A stretch of DNA of 22,152 nt from Candidatus Heimdallarchaeota archaeon (GTDB lineage Archaea > Asgardarchaeota > Wukongarchaeia > Wukongarchaeales > JBHIFL01): contig JBHIFL010000065.1 in assembly GCA_046761065.1 (NCBI GenBank), positions 1 to 22,152 on the forward strand, written 5' to 3'. The position numbers and the translations under genes were made by a program. The notes below the pieces were generated by a model, which had not been told where the DNA came from, made no database searches, and saw only the letters and a program-made list of their open reading frames with translations. Each line of letters begins with the position of its first letter. Within the stretch, counting starts at the first letter, position 1. Shown here one piece after another: positions 1 through 9,304 of the stretch.

Positions 1-234
1 TTCTAAAAAATGAGGAGGTGTAGATTTATTCTCTGCATCAAGCCCACGTGTTCTTGTGAACTTCAATGAAATATTTTATCGTGTACAATTGCTCTAAATT
101 ATATTTATATGAAAACGTCCAAACAAATATTCAGGTAAATGAATAGAGATGGAATATCGTGAGGGGATTTGTGATAACTAAAACCTCGTCTCTGTGCGAG
201 ATCAATCATCTCTCAATCTTAAAAGGTGGTTAAA

Positions 235-3200
235 ATGAAAATAAGCAAGGGATGCAATATTCTAAGTGCATTAATTATCTTTAGTATCATTATTAGTATA
301 TCAATTGGGCCGATTGGAGAATCGATAGGGGCAACCCAACCAAAGGTGGGGCGAATTGTAGTTTTAGCCGATGACTGGCCTATATCCGACAGTTATTGGA
401 GTACAAGTACGAACTCGTTCACCTTAAATACTTTTAGCTGGCTCACCGAATTTTCGAGTAGCAAACGGATCTTGAGAGATGCTTATTCTGATCCGCCGAT
501 CAAAACTAAAATGGTCGACACCCTCCAATCCAATGGGTATACGGTCACTATTTTAGACACCTCCAGTTGGACTCCTACCCTATTAGCAACCTATAATGCT
601 GTATTTATTGAGTATAGCTCCATCAATCATACACTGTTAACGGAATACGTAATGGGGGGTGGTGGAGTCTTCCTTATTGGGGGGCATTATGGATCTGAAC
701 AGCTGTTTAATGAGTTTCTCTCGAACTTTGGGATGAGTTTGCAGGAGCCAGTCTTTCCTGGTCATGTCACCCTGACGAGTTTCGAGCCTCATTCGGTGAC
801 AACCGGGGTTTCCGCCTTGGAAACATTGAATCCTACGCCAATCTTAGTTCATTCGAATGAACCCACAATTTTAGCATCCTGGGGAGACTGGAATTGGTTG
901 GTTACCTATTCAATAGAAAAAGTACCCACAACCGGGTTAGTGGCGTATTACCAATTTGAGTATAATGTGCGGGATTCGGTGGGCAGCAATCATGGCAGCA
1001 ATCATGGGGCTACGTATGTAGAGGGCAAAATCGGAACCGCATTGCACTTTGATGGGGTGGATGATTATGTGGAGATTCCTGATGCAGCTGTACTACGGCT
1101 TACACCCCCATTTACTCTGGAAGCATGGGTACACCCTGAAGACATAGGATCAGAAACAATTCCATCTAATACAATCATTTGTAAAGTTGGAGCCTTTTCT
1201 TCAAACGAAGTGAACTACGGGATGGACTGGCAGTGGGCGATATCCCCTTATTTTGCGTTTGAAACTGAAAGGGCTTCAGATGATAAGGACTTCGGAGTTT
1301 TTTCTAACAGCCATTCAATCAATCAATGGTATCACGTGGTAGGCCTCTATGATGGTACAACTATGAAAATTTATGTAAATGGCGTGTTAGAAGGGGAGAA
1401 ATACGTAGATAGCTTTCTTCCCTATACCGGCTCAGCTCCCCTCCAAATCGGTGGGGTTACGCTTCCTGGTCATGGTCCGGGTCAAGGTAATTTCAAAGGA
1501 GTGATCGACGAAGTCCGGATCTACAACCGAGCGTTATCCAAAGAAGAAGTTGCACAACACTACCAAGCCGAAATTACTCCGAGCGGAGTGCCCACCACCG
1601 CTGGAGGCGGAGATATCGAGTGGCAGCAGACCTATGATGGCACTGTAAGTACGATTCCAGGACCACTAGGGGCTTATTCGATCATCCAGACGGCGGATGA
1701 GGGCTTTATTCTCGCTGGACGAATGGACGAAGATGCTTGGCTGGTGAAAACCGACTCGCGTGGGAATATCGAGTGGCAGCAGACCTATGGCGGCTCGGGG
1801 ATCGATGCAACCTACGCAGTCATCCAGACGGCGGATGGCGGGTTTGCGCTGGCCGGTTACACCTGTCCCGAGGGCACGGACCCGGGGTCAGGTATGGATT
1901 TCTGGTTGGTGAAGACTGATGCTCGTGGAAACATGGAGTGGAACCGGACCTATAACCAAGGCGGCTTTAACGATTTTGTTTATGCGGGGATCCAGACAGC
2001 GGATGGAGGGTTTGTCCTTGCTGGGAGGACTGCTTTTTGCTATGAGGGCTGTTTTGATGCCTGGTTGGTGAAGACTGATGTCTACGGAAATATAGAATGG
2101 CAGCAGACCTATGGTGGTGATAGTGGTGAGGGAGCCCGCGCAATGATTCAGACGGCGGATGGCGGGTTTGCGCTCGCTGGGAGGACTTTTTCCTACGGGG
2201 CAGGTATGGATGACTTCTGGTTAGTGAAGACGGATGCCCACGGGAATATGGAGTGGCAGCAGACCTATGGCGGCGCTGAAAGAGATGGGCCCAGTGCAGT
2301 CATCCAGACGATGGACGGCGGTTTTATGTTGGCTGGCTACACTACGGATCCTGGGGCAGGGGATCCTACTAACTGGCTGGATGATATCTGGCTGGTGAAG
2401 ACTGATGCCCACGGGACAGTTCAGTGGAGTCAGACTTATGGTGGAAGTGGTGATGATGAAGCCTATGCGGTGATTCAGATGGAGGATGGGGGCTTTATTC
2501 TCGCTGGACGAATGGGTGAAGATGCTTGGCTGGCGAAAATCGATTCCTGTGGGAATATCGAGTGGCAGCAGACCTATGGCGGCGCTGGGGAGGAGGCGGC
2601 CCAGGCGGTGATCCAAACGGTGGATGAAGGGTTCGCATTCGCTGGTCACAAGGACGGGAATGCGTGGCTAGTGAAGATAACACCGTCCGCGTTTTCTGCA
2701 CCCTCCATTACGATCGTTAGTCCCAATGGAGGGGAGTCTTGGAGCGGAATGCACGCCCTCACGTGGACCGCCACTGATCCTCAAGCCGATCCGTTGACCT
2801 ACACCGTCTCTTACAGTCCCAATGGTGGGCAAACATGGACCCAACTGGCGACGGGGCTCAATGAGTCCTCGTATCTCTGGGATACCACCACGGTGGTGGA
2901 TGGGACGAATTATCTGATCAAGGTGGAGGCAACTGACGGTTCATATACTCGGATGGATCTCTCGAACGGATTCTTTGAAATCGCGAATAAGGCCCCGAAC
3001 ACCGCGCCATCGGTACAAGTCATCCGACCCAATGGGGGGGAAGAGGTCCGCACCATATACGAGATCCAATGGAATGCTACTGATCTTGAGGGGGATCCCC
3101 TCACCTATACGATCAGTTATAGTCCCAATGGTGGAGACACCTGGACTCAACTCGCGAGTGAGGTAACGGGGACCTCCTATCACTGGGATACTTCTGGCGT

Positions 3201-3429
3201 GCAAGTGGGTGAGAATTACTTGGTAAAGATAGAGGCTAGTGATGGCCGCCTTACTGCTGAAGATTGCTCAGATGCCCCATTCACGGTCGAACGGGAAATC
3301 CCTACCGAGACGAGGTTGAAAGCATTTTTTGTGCCAAGTTTTAGAGTGGTAGAGGTACTGGGTGCGCTTTTTGTCTTGCTAGACCTTGGTAAGAGGCGGA
3401 AAAGGTGGAAAATGTTATTAGAAGAGTAA
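235..3429 (+). CDS. Large secreted/cell-surface modular protein: signal peptide, N-terminal alpha/beta domain, LamG-like jellyroll, 7-repeat beta-propeller, two Ig-like repeats, C-terminal archaeosortase-type sorting signal
   Basis: 1067-aa ORF from GTG 226; ATG 235 follows an SD-like GGTGG. Hydrophobic N-terminus. LamG motifs ALHFDGVDDYVEI, FTLEAWV, WYHVVGLYDG..KIYVNG, FKGVIDEVRIYNRALS. Seven xEWQQTYGG...IQTADGGF.LAG...D.WLVKTD repeats. Two PSxxxxxPNGGE...W.ATD...DPLTY..SYSPNGG.TW repeats. C-terminus is VPSF, then a hydrophobic stretch, then KRRKRWK. Confidence 0.9.
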   Translation: MKISKGCNILSALIIFSIIISISIGPIGESIGATQPKVGRIVVLADDWPISDSYWSTSTNSFTLNTFSWLTEFSSSKRILRDAYSDPPIKTKMVDTLQSNGYTVTILDTSSWTPTLLATYNAVFIEYSSINHTLLTEYVMGGGGVFLIGGHYGSEQLFNEFLSNFGMSLQEPVFPGHVTLTSFEPHSVTTGVSALETLNPTPILVHSNEPTILASWGDWNWLVTYSIEKVPTTGLVAYYQFEYNVRDSVGSNHGSNHGATYVEGKIGTALHFDGVDDYVEIPDAAVLRLTPPFTLEAWVHPEDIGSETIPSNTIICKVGAFSSNEVNYGMDWQWAISPYFAFETERASDDKDFGVFSNSHSINQWYHVVGLYDGTTMKIYVNGVLEGEKYVDSFLPYTGSAPLQIGGVTLPGHGPGQGNFKGVIDEVRIYNRALSKEEVAQHYQAEITPSGVPTTAGGGDIEWQQTYDGTVSTIPGPLGAYSIIQTADEGFILAGRMDEDAWLVKTDSRGNIEWQQTYGGSGIDATYAVIQTADGGFALAGYTCPEGTDPGSGMDFWLVKTDARGNMEWNRTYNQGGFNDFVYAGIQTADGGFVLAGRTAFCYEGCFDAWLVKTDVYGNIEWQQTYGGDSGEGARAMIQTADGGFALAGRTFSYGAGMDDFWLVKTDAHGNMEWQQTYGGAERDGPSAVIQTMDGGFMLAGYTTDPGAGDPTNWLDDIWLVKTDAHGTVQWSQTYGGSGDDEAYAVIQMEDGGFILAGRMGEDAWLAKIDSCGNIEWQQTYGGAGEEAAQAVIQTVDEGFAFAGHKDGNAWLVKITPSAFSAPSITIVSPNGGESWSGMHALTWTATDPQADPLTYTVSYSPNGGQTWTQLATGLNESSYLWDTTTVVDGTNYLIKVEATDGSYTRMDLSNGFFEIANKAPNTAPSVQVIRPNGGEEVRTIYEIQWNATDLEGDPLTYTISYSPNGGDTWTQLASEVTGTSYHWDTSGVQVGENYLVKIEASDGRLTAEDCSDAPFTVEREIPTETRLKAFFVPSFRVVEVLGALFVLLDLGKRRKRWKMLLEE
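1612..2680 (+). repeat. Seven intragenic ~45-55 aa repeats (predicted 7-bladed beta-propeller)
   Basis: Seven W(Q/N/S)xTY motifs and seven (D/N)xWL(V/A)K motifs counted. DNA 1701-1794 and 2490-2583 differ at only 7 of 94 positions. Confidence 0.85.
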
Positions 3430-3433
3430 TGGG

Positions 3434-3930
3434 ATGCATAGGAGAAAAATGGCTAAAGCTGTATAAATCCTGCTTAGCTTAGTTTTGTTTCTTGTTAAGT
3501 AATATCACCGTCAAGGTCGCTGCATCAAGAGTTGCTGCAGATCGTGCCGCTGCTCACCAATCTACCCCGATAAGACTCCCTTCCTCTCCAATCCTTCCAG
3601 TTACAATCGCTTGGGACTTGGTTTACGACCATCGAGGGCGTTATGGAATGAAATCGGACTTATGGCGGTTTTGAGTACGAATAGCCAAAGTTCGTCATCC
3701 AGATGGCAGATGGCGGCTATGTCCCCGCTGGGAGAACTTATTCTTTCAGAGCATGCTTGTCTGATGCCTGGCTGTTGAAGACCGATGCCAACAGCAACAT
3801 GGAGTGGCAACAGACATTTGGTGGCACTAATGCTAATCATGCATGTTCTGTTATCCAGGCAATAGATAACGGATTTGTATTAGACGGTGAAATCCATATT
3901 TTTGAGACGGCACGTACTGACACCTAGCTG
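3434..3930 (+). pseudogene. Decayed paralog of the beta-propeller surface protein
   Basis: One frame reads ME*NRTYGGFEYE*PKFVIQMADGGYVPAGRTYSF...DAWLLKTDANSNMEWQQTFGG...DT*L. Stops at 3649 (TGA) and 3925 (TAG) replace conserved Trp; a further TAG lies at 3682. A broken signal-peptide-like remnant (MHRRKMAKAV*ILLSLVLFLV) starts at 3434. Confidence 0.75.
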
Positions 3931-3974
3931 TTATGTCTCATGAAGAGATTATTAAATAAAATTTAATTACGATT

Positions 3975-4910
3975 TCAACCTACAGTTGTTTTCCACACAG
4001 TGTAGCCTTTTTTTTCGATGACTTTAGCAATCTGCTTTTGGGATTGCTCGTTAGGTGCCAAGGCAATTACTAAGCCACCACGACCAGTCCCTGTAAGTTT
4101 TGCGCCAACGGCTCCATTATTACGGGCCAAATCAACTAATAAATCATTGAGTTCACTTGAAACGGTAATATCTTGGAGTAAACGGTGATTTTGATTCATT
4201 AGTTTGCCTATCGTAGGAATATCGCCTTCGATCAATGCATTTCTTGCTTCATGGACGAGTTTACTGTATTCATTGAAGATGGTTTCAAATTTTTCGGGCT
4301 TTTCTTCTTTCAATCGTCGGACATCTGTAACTACTTCTGAAGTTGAAGATGATATCCCCGTGTTTGCTATTACCAAAGGCATTTTCTTTGCAGCTTGAAG
4401 GCGTTCTATTGTATTTGGCCCACCACTTAAGTTTTTGACGAACCGAATCAAACCCCCATAGGTGGCAGCAGTGTTGTCTATACCTGAAGGAGTGCCATGA
4501 TAACTTTTCTCTCCTTCATATGCGGCTTCATTGATTTGTTCATCATCTAAATTCAGATTATACTCATCATTAAGTGCACGTGCTAGTGATGCACATTGCG
4601 CTGCCGAAGCTCCAACTCCACTAGCCGCATAAAGGTCTCCAGCAAATGTTATCTCGAGTTTTTGGTTTTCAGTATCTATTTTAAGATAGTTTAATATATT
4701 TTCAATGGCTTGTTGGGCTTCATCAAACTTCATTTTTTTGTAGCCCGGCGTAGCCGGTCGCTGATCATTGATCTTCCAACCTTGACCGTCAACAACATTT
4801 ACATTTGCGATAGTTTTAGCTCCAAGTGCAGAAGCTATTGCAGGTAGCCCATAGACGACAAAATGCTCTCCAAATAAGATTGTTTTTCCATATCCCTGTC
4901 CAGTGCCCAT
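3975..4910 (-). CDS. mvk: Mevalonate kinase (GHMP family)
   Basis: GKTILFGEHFVVYG, GVGASAA (GHMP motif 2), HGTPSGIDN, AKLTGTGRGG; adjacent to mevalonate-pathway genes. Confidence 0.95.
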   Translation of the reverse strand: MGTGQGYGKTILFGEHFVVYGLPAIASALGAKTIANVNVVDGQGWKINDQRPATPGYKKMKFDEAQQAIENILNYLKIDTENQKLEITFAGDLYAASGVGASAAQCASLARALNDEYNLNLDDEQINEAAYEGEKSYHGTPSGIDNTAATYGGLIRFVKNLSGGPNTIERLQAAKKMPLVIANTGISSSTSEVVTDVRRLKEEKPEKFETIFNEYSKLVHEARNALIEGDIPTIGKLMNQNHRLLQDITVSSELNDLLVDLARNNGAVGAKLTGTGRGGLVIALAPNEQSQKQIAKVIEKKGYTVWKTTVG

Positions 4911-4925
4911 TTATTTCCTCGCCTT

Positions 4926-5318
4926 TCATTCGTTAATCTCTACCAATCCTTCTGAACCGTTCACTGTAACCATTTGGCCGGTTTTTATTTGATTAATGTT
5001 AATTTTATCTACACACGGAATATCACTAATAATGCACCCAACTGCGATAATGGTATCGATTTCTTTATTGACGATCGCTGCTGGAGCGGTATTGGCCTTC
5101 TTCATCCAATACATGGTGTAGGACCCAACGGTCGATCCTTTCCCAGTAGGAAACACTAAAACTTTACCTACAACGGATTGCCCTTCTAATTCATGGCCGA
5201 CTTCTATAACAACTCCTGTCTCGGGATCCACCCCGCCGTAGAACGAGATACCTTGGGTAGTCACAAGGGCTTCAGCAGTTGCAATTCCTTTGAAGATTTT
5301 TCTTCCTTCCAACTTCAT
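4926..5318 (-). CDS. Phosphomevalonate dehydratase small subunit (AcnX swiveling domain, DUF126)
   Basis: ISFYGGVDPETG, GKVLVFPTGKGSTVGSY. The true start is likely ATG 5318 (MKLEGRKI), overlapping the upstream stop (ATGA), rather than 5396. Confidence 0.9.
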   Translation of the reverse strand: MKLEGRKIFKGIATAEALVTTQGISFYGGVDPETGVVIEVGHELEGQSVVGKVLVFPTGKGSTVGSYTMYWMKKANTAPAAIVNKEIDTIIAVGCIISDIPCVDKININQIKTGQMVTVNGSEGLVEINE

Positions 5319-6514
5319 TTTGTGGCCTCCGCAACACATTCTTCGACTGTTCCTATTTTGATTTTGAATTTGTGTCTCGCCCGTGCATAGTAGCATGCCT
5401 TTGCGGAATCTACCATCATGCCTTTAAATCGCCCTTTGATGGGAGCTACCACGCAACAGGTGTCTGCAGCGAATTTAGCCCCCGCGCTCTCAATAATTTG
5501 TGTATAACCGGCTTCATCCGCAAGGCGTTTCGTAGGACGACCAGTAGTAATCCAAAATTCCTTGGTTACCTTTTTACCTTCGAGTAACTTGGCTAGTTGT
5601 GCAATTTCGTGGATGGATGCATGAGGACACCCTATACTGACAAAATCAATCTCGATATCCTCATCTGTGAGTTCAGCTCGTACTTTAATTAAGTCATCTT
5701 GCGTAATTTCCATTGTTTCAGTGGGTTTCGGGTATTTATTATATTCTGGTGTTATTCCTTCCATATGGAACAAAGCAGTACCAGCATACGTGGCTATAGA
5801 TGCACAGAAGGATTTTAATTCCTCTACGGTTGCTGAGGAAATGCCTGTAATATACGGGATTTTTTTCCCCCTTTCACCCAATCGATCACCAATTGCTTTC
5901 CCTAGGACACCAAATTGATCAGTTCCCTTGATTGAAGCTTTTACATTCACTAAAACTTCCCCATGACGGTTTTTATCTAGATGAAACCCATATTCTGGGG
6001 TCTTTCCAGTGAGAGCTGCTGCAAGGGCACTCGGACCTCCTTCACGATTCGTACGAGCGCCAATCACGGAGTTAGAATAACATACAGCACTACTTTCGGC
6101 CCAAGCAATGTGCTGCCCAAAGTGGGGGATATTTCCAATCAAATACGGGGTGCAGCTGGCGGTTGCGATGATCCCCATATGCGCAAAAGCATCGAGGACA
6201 CGATTCTGATTTCTAGCAAATTCTTCGTCAATTCCCAACGCTTGCCAATTGTTACGATCCATCCCTGCAGGGTTTAACGTAGTTAAAACCCGAACCTTTC
6301 CGTCTTCAGCCATTTCGGCTAAGAATTCAAGGCCCGCTTCACCTAAATTAGCGTAGGACACACCTGCAATCTGAACGCTAGTAACACCGATCATCCGTTC
6401 GGCTCCATAGATTTCGCCTAACGTCGTCAAAATTTCCATCGATTTCTGGACTGCCTTCCCATATTTACCATCCATCATATCTTGTTCTTCTGGGGTTAAT
6501 TGCACAACAATCAA
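5315..6514 (-). CDS. Phosphomevalonate dehydratase large subunit (aconitase X catalytic domain, DUF521)
   Basis: LTPEEQ.M.DG..G, GVSY.NLG, TTLNP, ASCTPY, AWAESSAV.Y.NSV.GARTNRE, IGCPHAS, DTCCVVAP (three Fe-S Cys). Confidence 0.92.
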   Translation of the reverse strand: MIVVQLTPEEQDMMDGKYGKAVQKSMEILTTLGEIYGAERMIGVTSVQIAGVSYANLGEAGLEFLAEMAEDGKVRVLTTLNPAGMDRNNWQALGIDEEFARNQNRVLDAFAHMGIIATASCTPYLIGNIPHFGQHIAWAESSAVCYSNSVIGARTNREGGPSALAAALTGKTPEYGFHLDKNRHGEVLVNVKASIKGTDQFGVLGKAIGDRLGERGKKIPYITGISSATVEELKSFCASIATYAGTALFHMEGITPEYNKYPKPTETMEITQDDLIKVRAELTDEDIEIDFVSIGCPHASIHEIAQLAKLLEGKKVTKEFWITTGRPTKRLADEAGYTQIIESAGAKFAADTCCVVAPIKGRFKGMMVDSAKACYYARARHKFKIKIGTVEECVAEATK

Positions 6515-6523
6515 CTCCTACCA

Positions 6524-7825
6524 TCAGAAGTATTTCGTGAGGTCTACTTTTGGAAATTCTGCTTTTCCAAAGCTCTTTCCTTTAACCACGAGCGGAGCTG
6601 TTAAATCGAATCCTATCTTTGTCGTCATTTTCGTTCCTGGTTCGGCGCTCGGATCTAGACTACTGCCTGGCTCTTTCTCTTTCACAATCATGTCAACATC
6701 GCCTTGGAACCGGGTGGCCATGGCCCATTCGACCGACAGTGGGTCGTAGATGTCAATATCTTTGTCTACCACAAACACATGTTTACAACTAGAATGACCC
6801 GCAAAAGCTCCCTGAATGGCTTTTTTACCGTCTTCTTCTGATTGTTTATTGATTTGTACGATAGCATGCAGCCAGGAACATCCTCCGGGATTGATGTTTA
6901 CATCTAAACATTTGACCCCTGCTTCAGTTACCTGTTTAAAAATCGTTGGTTCTCTTGGCATGCCCATCAAAATCTTATGTTCAAGTGCCCCGGGCAATAG
7001 AGCTTGCCAGATCGCATCTTTTCGATGAGTAATTTTCTTAACTTCAAAGATCGACTCTTCTCTGACCATATCATAAAGCTCGGTCAAATCCACAAAGGGC
7101 CCCTCCTCGTGCTTTTCCTCGAGATATACCCGGCCTTCAAGAACAAATTCAGCTTCAGCAGGAATCATGAGATCGACACTTTTAGCGTTAACCACATTCA
7201 TAGGCTCTAAAGCGTTCGCTATCTGTAGTTCATCAATACCAATATCAACGGATGTAGCTGCTGCAACAAGAACGTTAGGAGGGTTCCCAACGCAGAAGGC
7301 TACATCCAATTCCCCGTTTTTTTCCAAGAAGGTATGAAAGTTACGTCCACTAACAATTCTTGTGGCAAGATGATCTTTAGAAAACTGCATAGCCCGGTGA
7401 AAGTCCAGATTTTGCCCATAATCGGGATCTCGCGTGACGACAACAGCAGAACTAATGTATGGTCCTCCATCTTTTTTACAGTGATGCAGTATTGGTATCT
7501 TATCCAAATCAACACTTTCTTCGATAACTTCTTGACATGGGGCAGTTGAAACTATATCTGGCTCTGAACGTTCGTCAATAGCTTTGGTCATCTTTGGGAT
7601 AAGTTCTGCGGGAGTTATTTTGAAATAGGAGGCAATAGCACTCTTTGTACAAAATAGGTTGCCTATTACGCGAAATTCAGATTCTTTTACATTGGTAAAA
7701 AGTACTGGAGTAGGTTCAATTGCATGTAAAATGCCAGAAATCTCTAATGTCTTAGATATTTCCTTATCTACCGTTCGTAAAGTTCCAACCTTATCAATTT
7801 GGCTTATATATTCGCGAAAGCCCAT
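6524..7825 (-). CDS. UbiD-family prFMN decarboxylase, probable anhydromevalonate phosphate decarboxylase
   Basis: DGGPYISSA, EFVLEG, EGPFVD, CSWLHAIVQI, VVDKDIDIYD...VEWAMATRFQ, GSSLDPS; operonic with the AcnX subunits and mvk. Confidence 0.88.
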   Translation of the reverse strand: MGFREYISQIDKVGTLRTVDKEISKTLEISGILHAIEPTPVLFTNVKESEFRVIGNLFCTKSAIASYFKITPAELIPKMTKAIDERSEPDIVSTAPCQEVIEESVDLDKIPILHHCKKDGGPYISSAVVVTRDPDYGQNLDFHRAMQFSKDHLATRIVSGRNFHTFLEKNGELDVAFCVGNPPNVLVAAATSVDIGIDELQIANALEPMNVVNAKSVDLMIPAEAEFVLEGRVYLEEKHEEGPFVDLTELYDMVREESIFEVKKITHRKDAIWQALLPGALEHKILMGMPREPTIFKQVTEAGVKCLDVNINPGGCSWLHAIVQINKQSEEDGKKAIQGAFAGHSSCKHVFVVDKDIDIYDPLSVEWAMATRFQGDVDMIVKEKEPGSSLDPSAEPGTKMTTKIGFDLTAPLVVKGKSFGKAEFPKVDLTKYF

Positions 7826-8127
7826 AAAAATCCTCTCACATTTTTAACTGATCTTTTGGGTTTAAATCCACTGATTAACCCTTATCTTTTTTTCTTCGCT
7901 CTTTGAGAGCGTTGAAAAGGTATTACTTGATCTAATTTCAATTTTATGCTTCACACAAGGCGTCAAAAAACAAATATTCTGTGTGATTTTTTTTCACGAA
8001 TCTTTCCGTCTCCCCGTGAAGCCGTCGCAAGGCTTACTTGTCTCTTTCTTTTCTCCCTCACTTTACCAAACTTGTTAATTAGCACTTAATATACGCATAT
8101 CGCAAGGAGGTAACATCCTTTATGTTC

Positions 8128-8775
8128 TCATACTCGCAACAAGCGCGCTTTGAAGTCATCTAATATCACACTCTCGAGCTCCCCAGTCGACGGAATTAAA
8201 CCACGTTCTCGCATGTACTGCCGTGCAAGCAACCAGTATACTGTAGCAAGTGCGTTCCGTCCTTTGTTATTGCAAGGGATAACAAGATCCACTCTTTCTG
8301 TCATATTATCCGTATCAAGGAGTCCGATCGTTGGAACCCCTACCTTCCCTGCTTCATTAAGGGCTTGGAAATCTGCTCTGGGATCAGTAACCATAATTAC
8401 TTCGGGTTCTAAGTAGGTAGGCGCCTTCGGATTGGTTAGAGTTCCTGGAACGAACCTCCCCGGGAATGCTCGAGCTCCCGTAACTTTTGAAAATATCTGA
8501 ATCGGGCGATGAGCATATTGGCGCGCTGAGAACAGAGCAATGAGTTCTGGTTTAAACCTAGCAAGAAAAACAGAGGCAACACGGATACGTTCATCGGTTT
8601 TTCGAACATCTAAGACATAAAGTCCGTCTGGTCGAACCCGATAAATAAATTTCTGCATGTCTGCGGTGCCAATTCCTGTCCCAATATGGACTCCTGCAGC
8701 AAGATAATCCTCCAATGGGATCAATAGTTCTATCTCGCTCTCACTCACCGCTATTTCTTCTTTTTCCTCACTCAA
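8128..8775 (-). CDS. rps2: 30S ribosomal protein S2 (uS2), archaeal type
   Basis: YLAAGVHIGT, FIYRVRPDGLYVLDV, GRFVPGTLTNP, DLVIPCNNKGR; TTG start. Confidence 0.97.
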   Translation of the reverse strand: MSEEKEEIAVSESEIELLIPLEDYLAAGVHIGTGIGTADMQKFIYRVRPDGLYVLDVRKTDERIRVASVFLARFKPELIALFSARQYAHRPIQIFSKVTGARAFPGRFVPGTLTNPKAPTYLEPEVIMVTDPRADFQALNEAGKVGVPTIGLLDTDNMTERVDLVIPCNNKGRNALATVYWLLARQYMRERGLIPSTGELESVILDDFKARLLRV

Positions 8776-8910
8776 TTCATTGACAACTCCGTCTCAATCT
8801 CATAATCCATGATAGTTAGGCGGGTAACATTCTCCAACCGCCGCTGAAATGATCACTAGCTACAAATGTTCCTCTATTTTAAGGATGGACCAAAATCGCA
8901 TCAGTCCTTT

Positions 8911-8920
8911 ATTTATATAA
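8911..8920 (-). promoter_or_regulatory. Putative TATA box for rps2
   Basis: TTATATAAAT on the minus strand just downstream of the rpoN stop. Confidence 0.4.
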
Positions 8921-8947
8921 TGGAAATTAGCTCTCCCATAGTCTTTT

Positions 8948-9154
8948 TTAGATCGAGAATCGCATTGTATCATCAATCAGATTACGATGGCTTAGCAACA
9001 TCCTTCTGCAACAATAACGTGTAAGACCTAGATCATCCAAGATTTTTCGAGCTTCCTCTCCTTGTTCCAATCGTTCAACAAATTCTTCCCACTTATCAGC
9101 AATCAGTTTCCCACAGGAAAAGCAACGTATTGGTATTCCAGCAGCCATAATCAC
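8948..9154 (-). CDS. rpoN: DNA-directed RNA polymerase subunit N (Rpo10)
   Basis: [10 protein letters not shown]...[18 protein letters not shown]; the start may be ATG 9148. Confidence 0.97.
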   Translation of the reverse strand: MIMAAGIPIRCFSCGKLIADKWEEFVERLEQGEEARKILDDLGLTRYCCRRMLLSHRNLIDDTMRFSI

Positions 9155-9304
9155 TCATTACTCCACGTTTACTTTAATTTGCATTCCCATTCATAATAAA
9201 CGCGGGGATAAGATAACTTAAGTTTTTTGTGGTGAGCACATTCTCCAAAAAGGATCAGGCACTATTCCATCCGATCTTGATACGTTTCCACCCGTTTTCG
9301 ACTA

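Noticed and set aside
1612-2680. Repeated GAGTGGCAGCAGACCTATGG as a CRISPR array
   Set aside because: The repeats are in-frame coding, spaced about 130-170 nt apart, the intervening sequences are homologous, and there are no cas genes.
3649-3651. In-frame TGA/TAG codons as selenocysteine, pyrrolysine or an alternative code
   Set aside because: They replace Trp in a degraded fragment, normal genes here end in TGA, TAG and TAA, and no SECIS-like element is evident.
3640-3930. Propeller remnant as a DGR template repeat
   Set aside because: Differences from the intact repeats are not adenine-specific, identity is low, and there is no reverse transcriptase in the window.
8808-8865. Plus-strand ATGATAG...CTGA...ATGATCA as a C/D box sRNA or fluoride motif
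   Set aside because: The boxes are degenerate, there is no terminal D box at the proper spacing, and it is antisense to the flanking genes.
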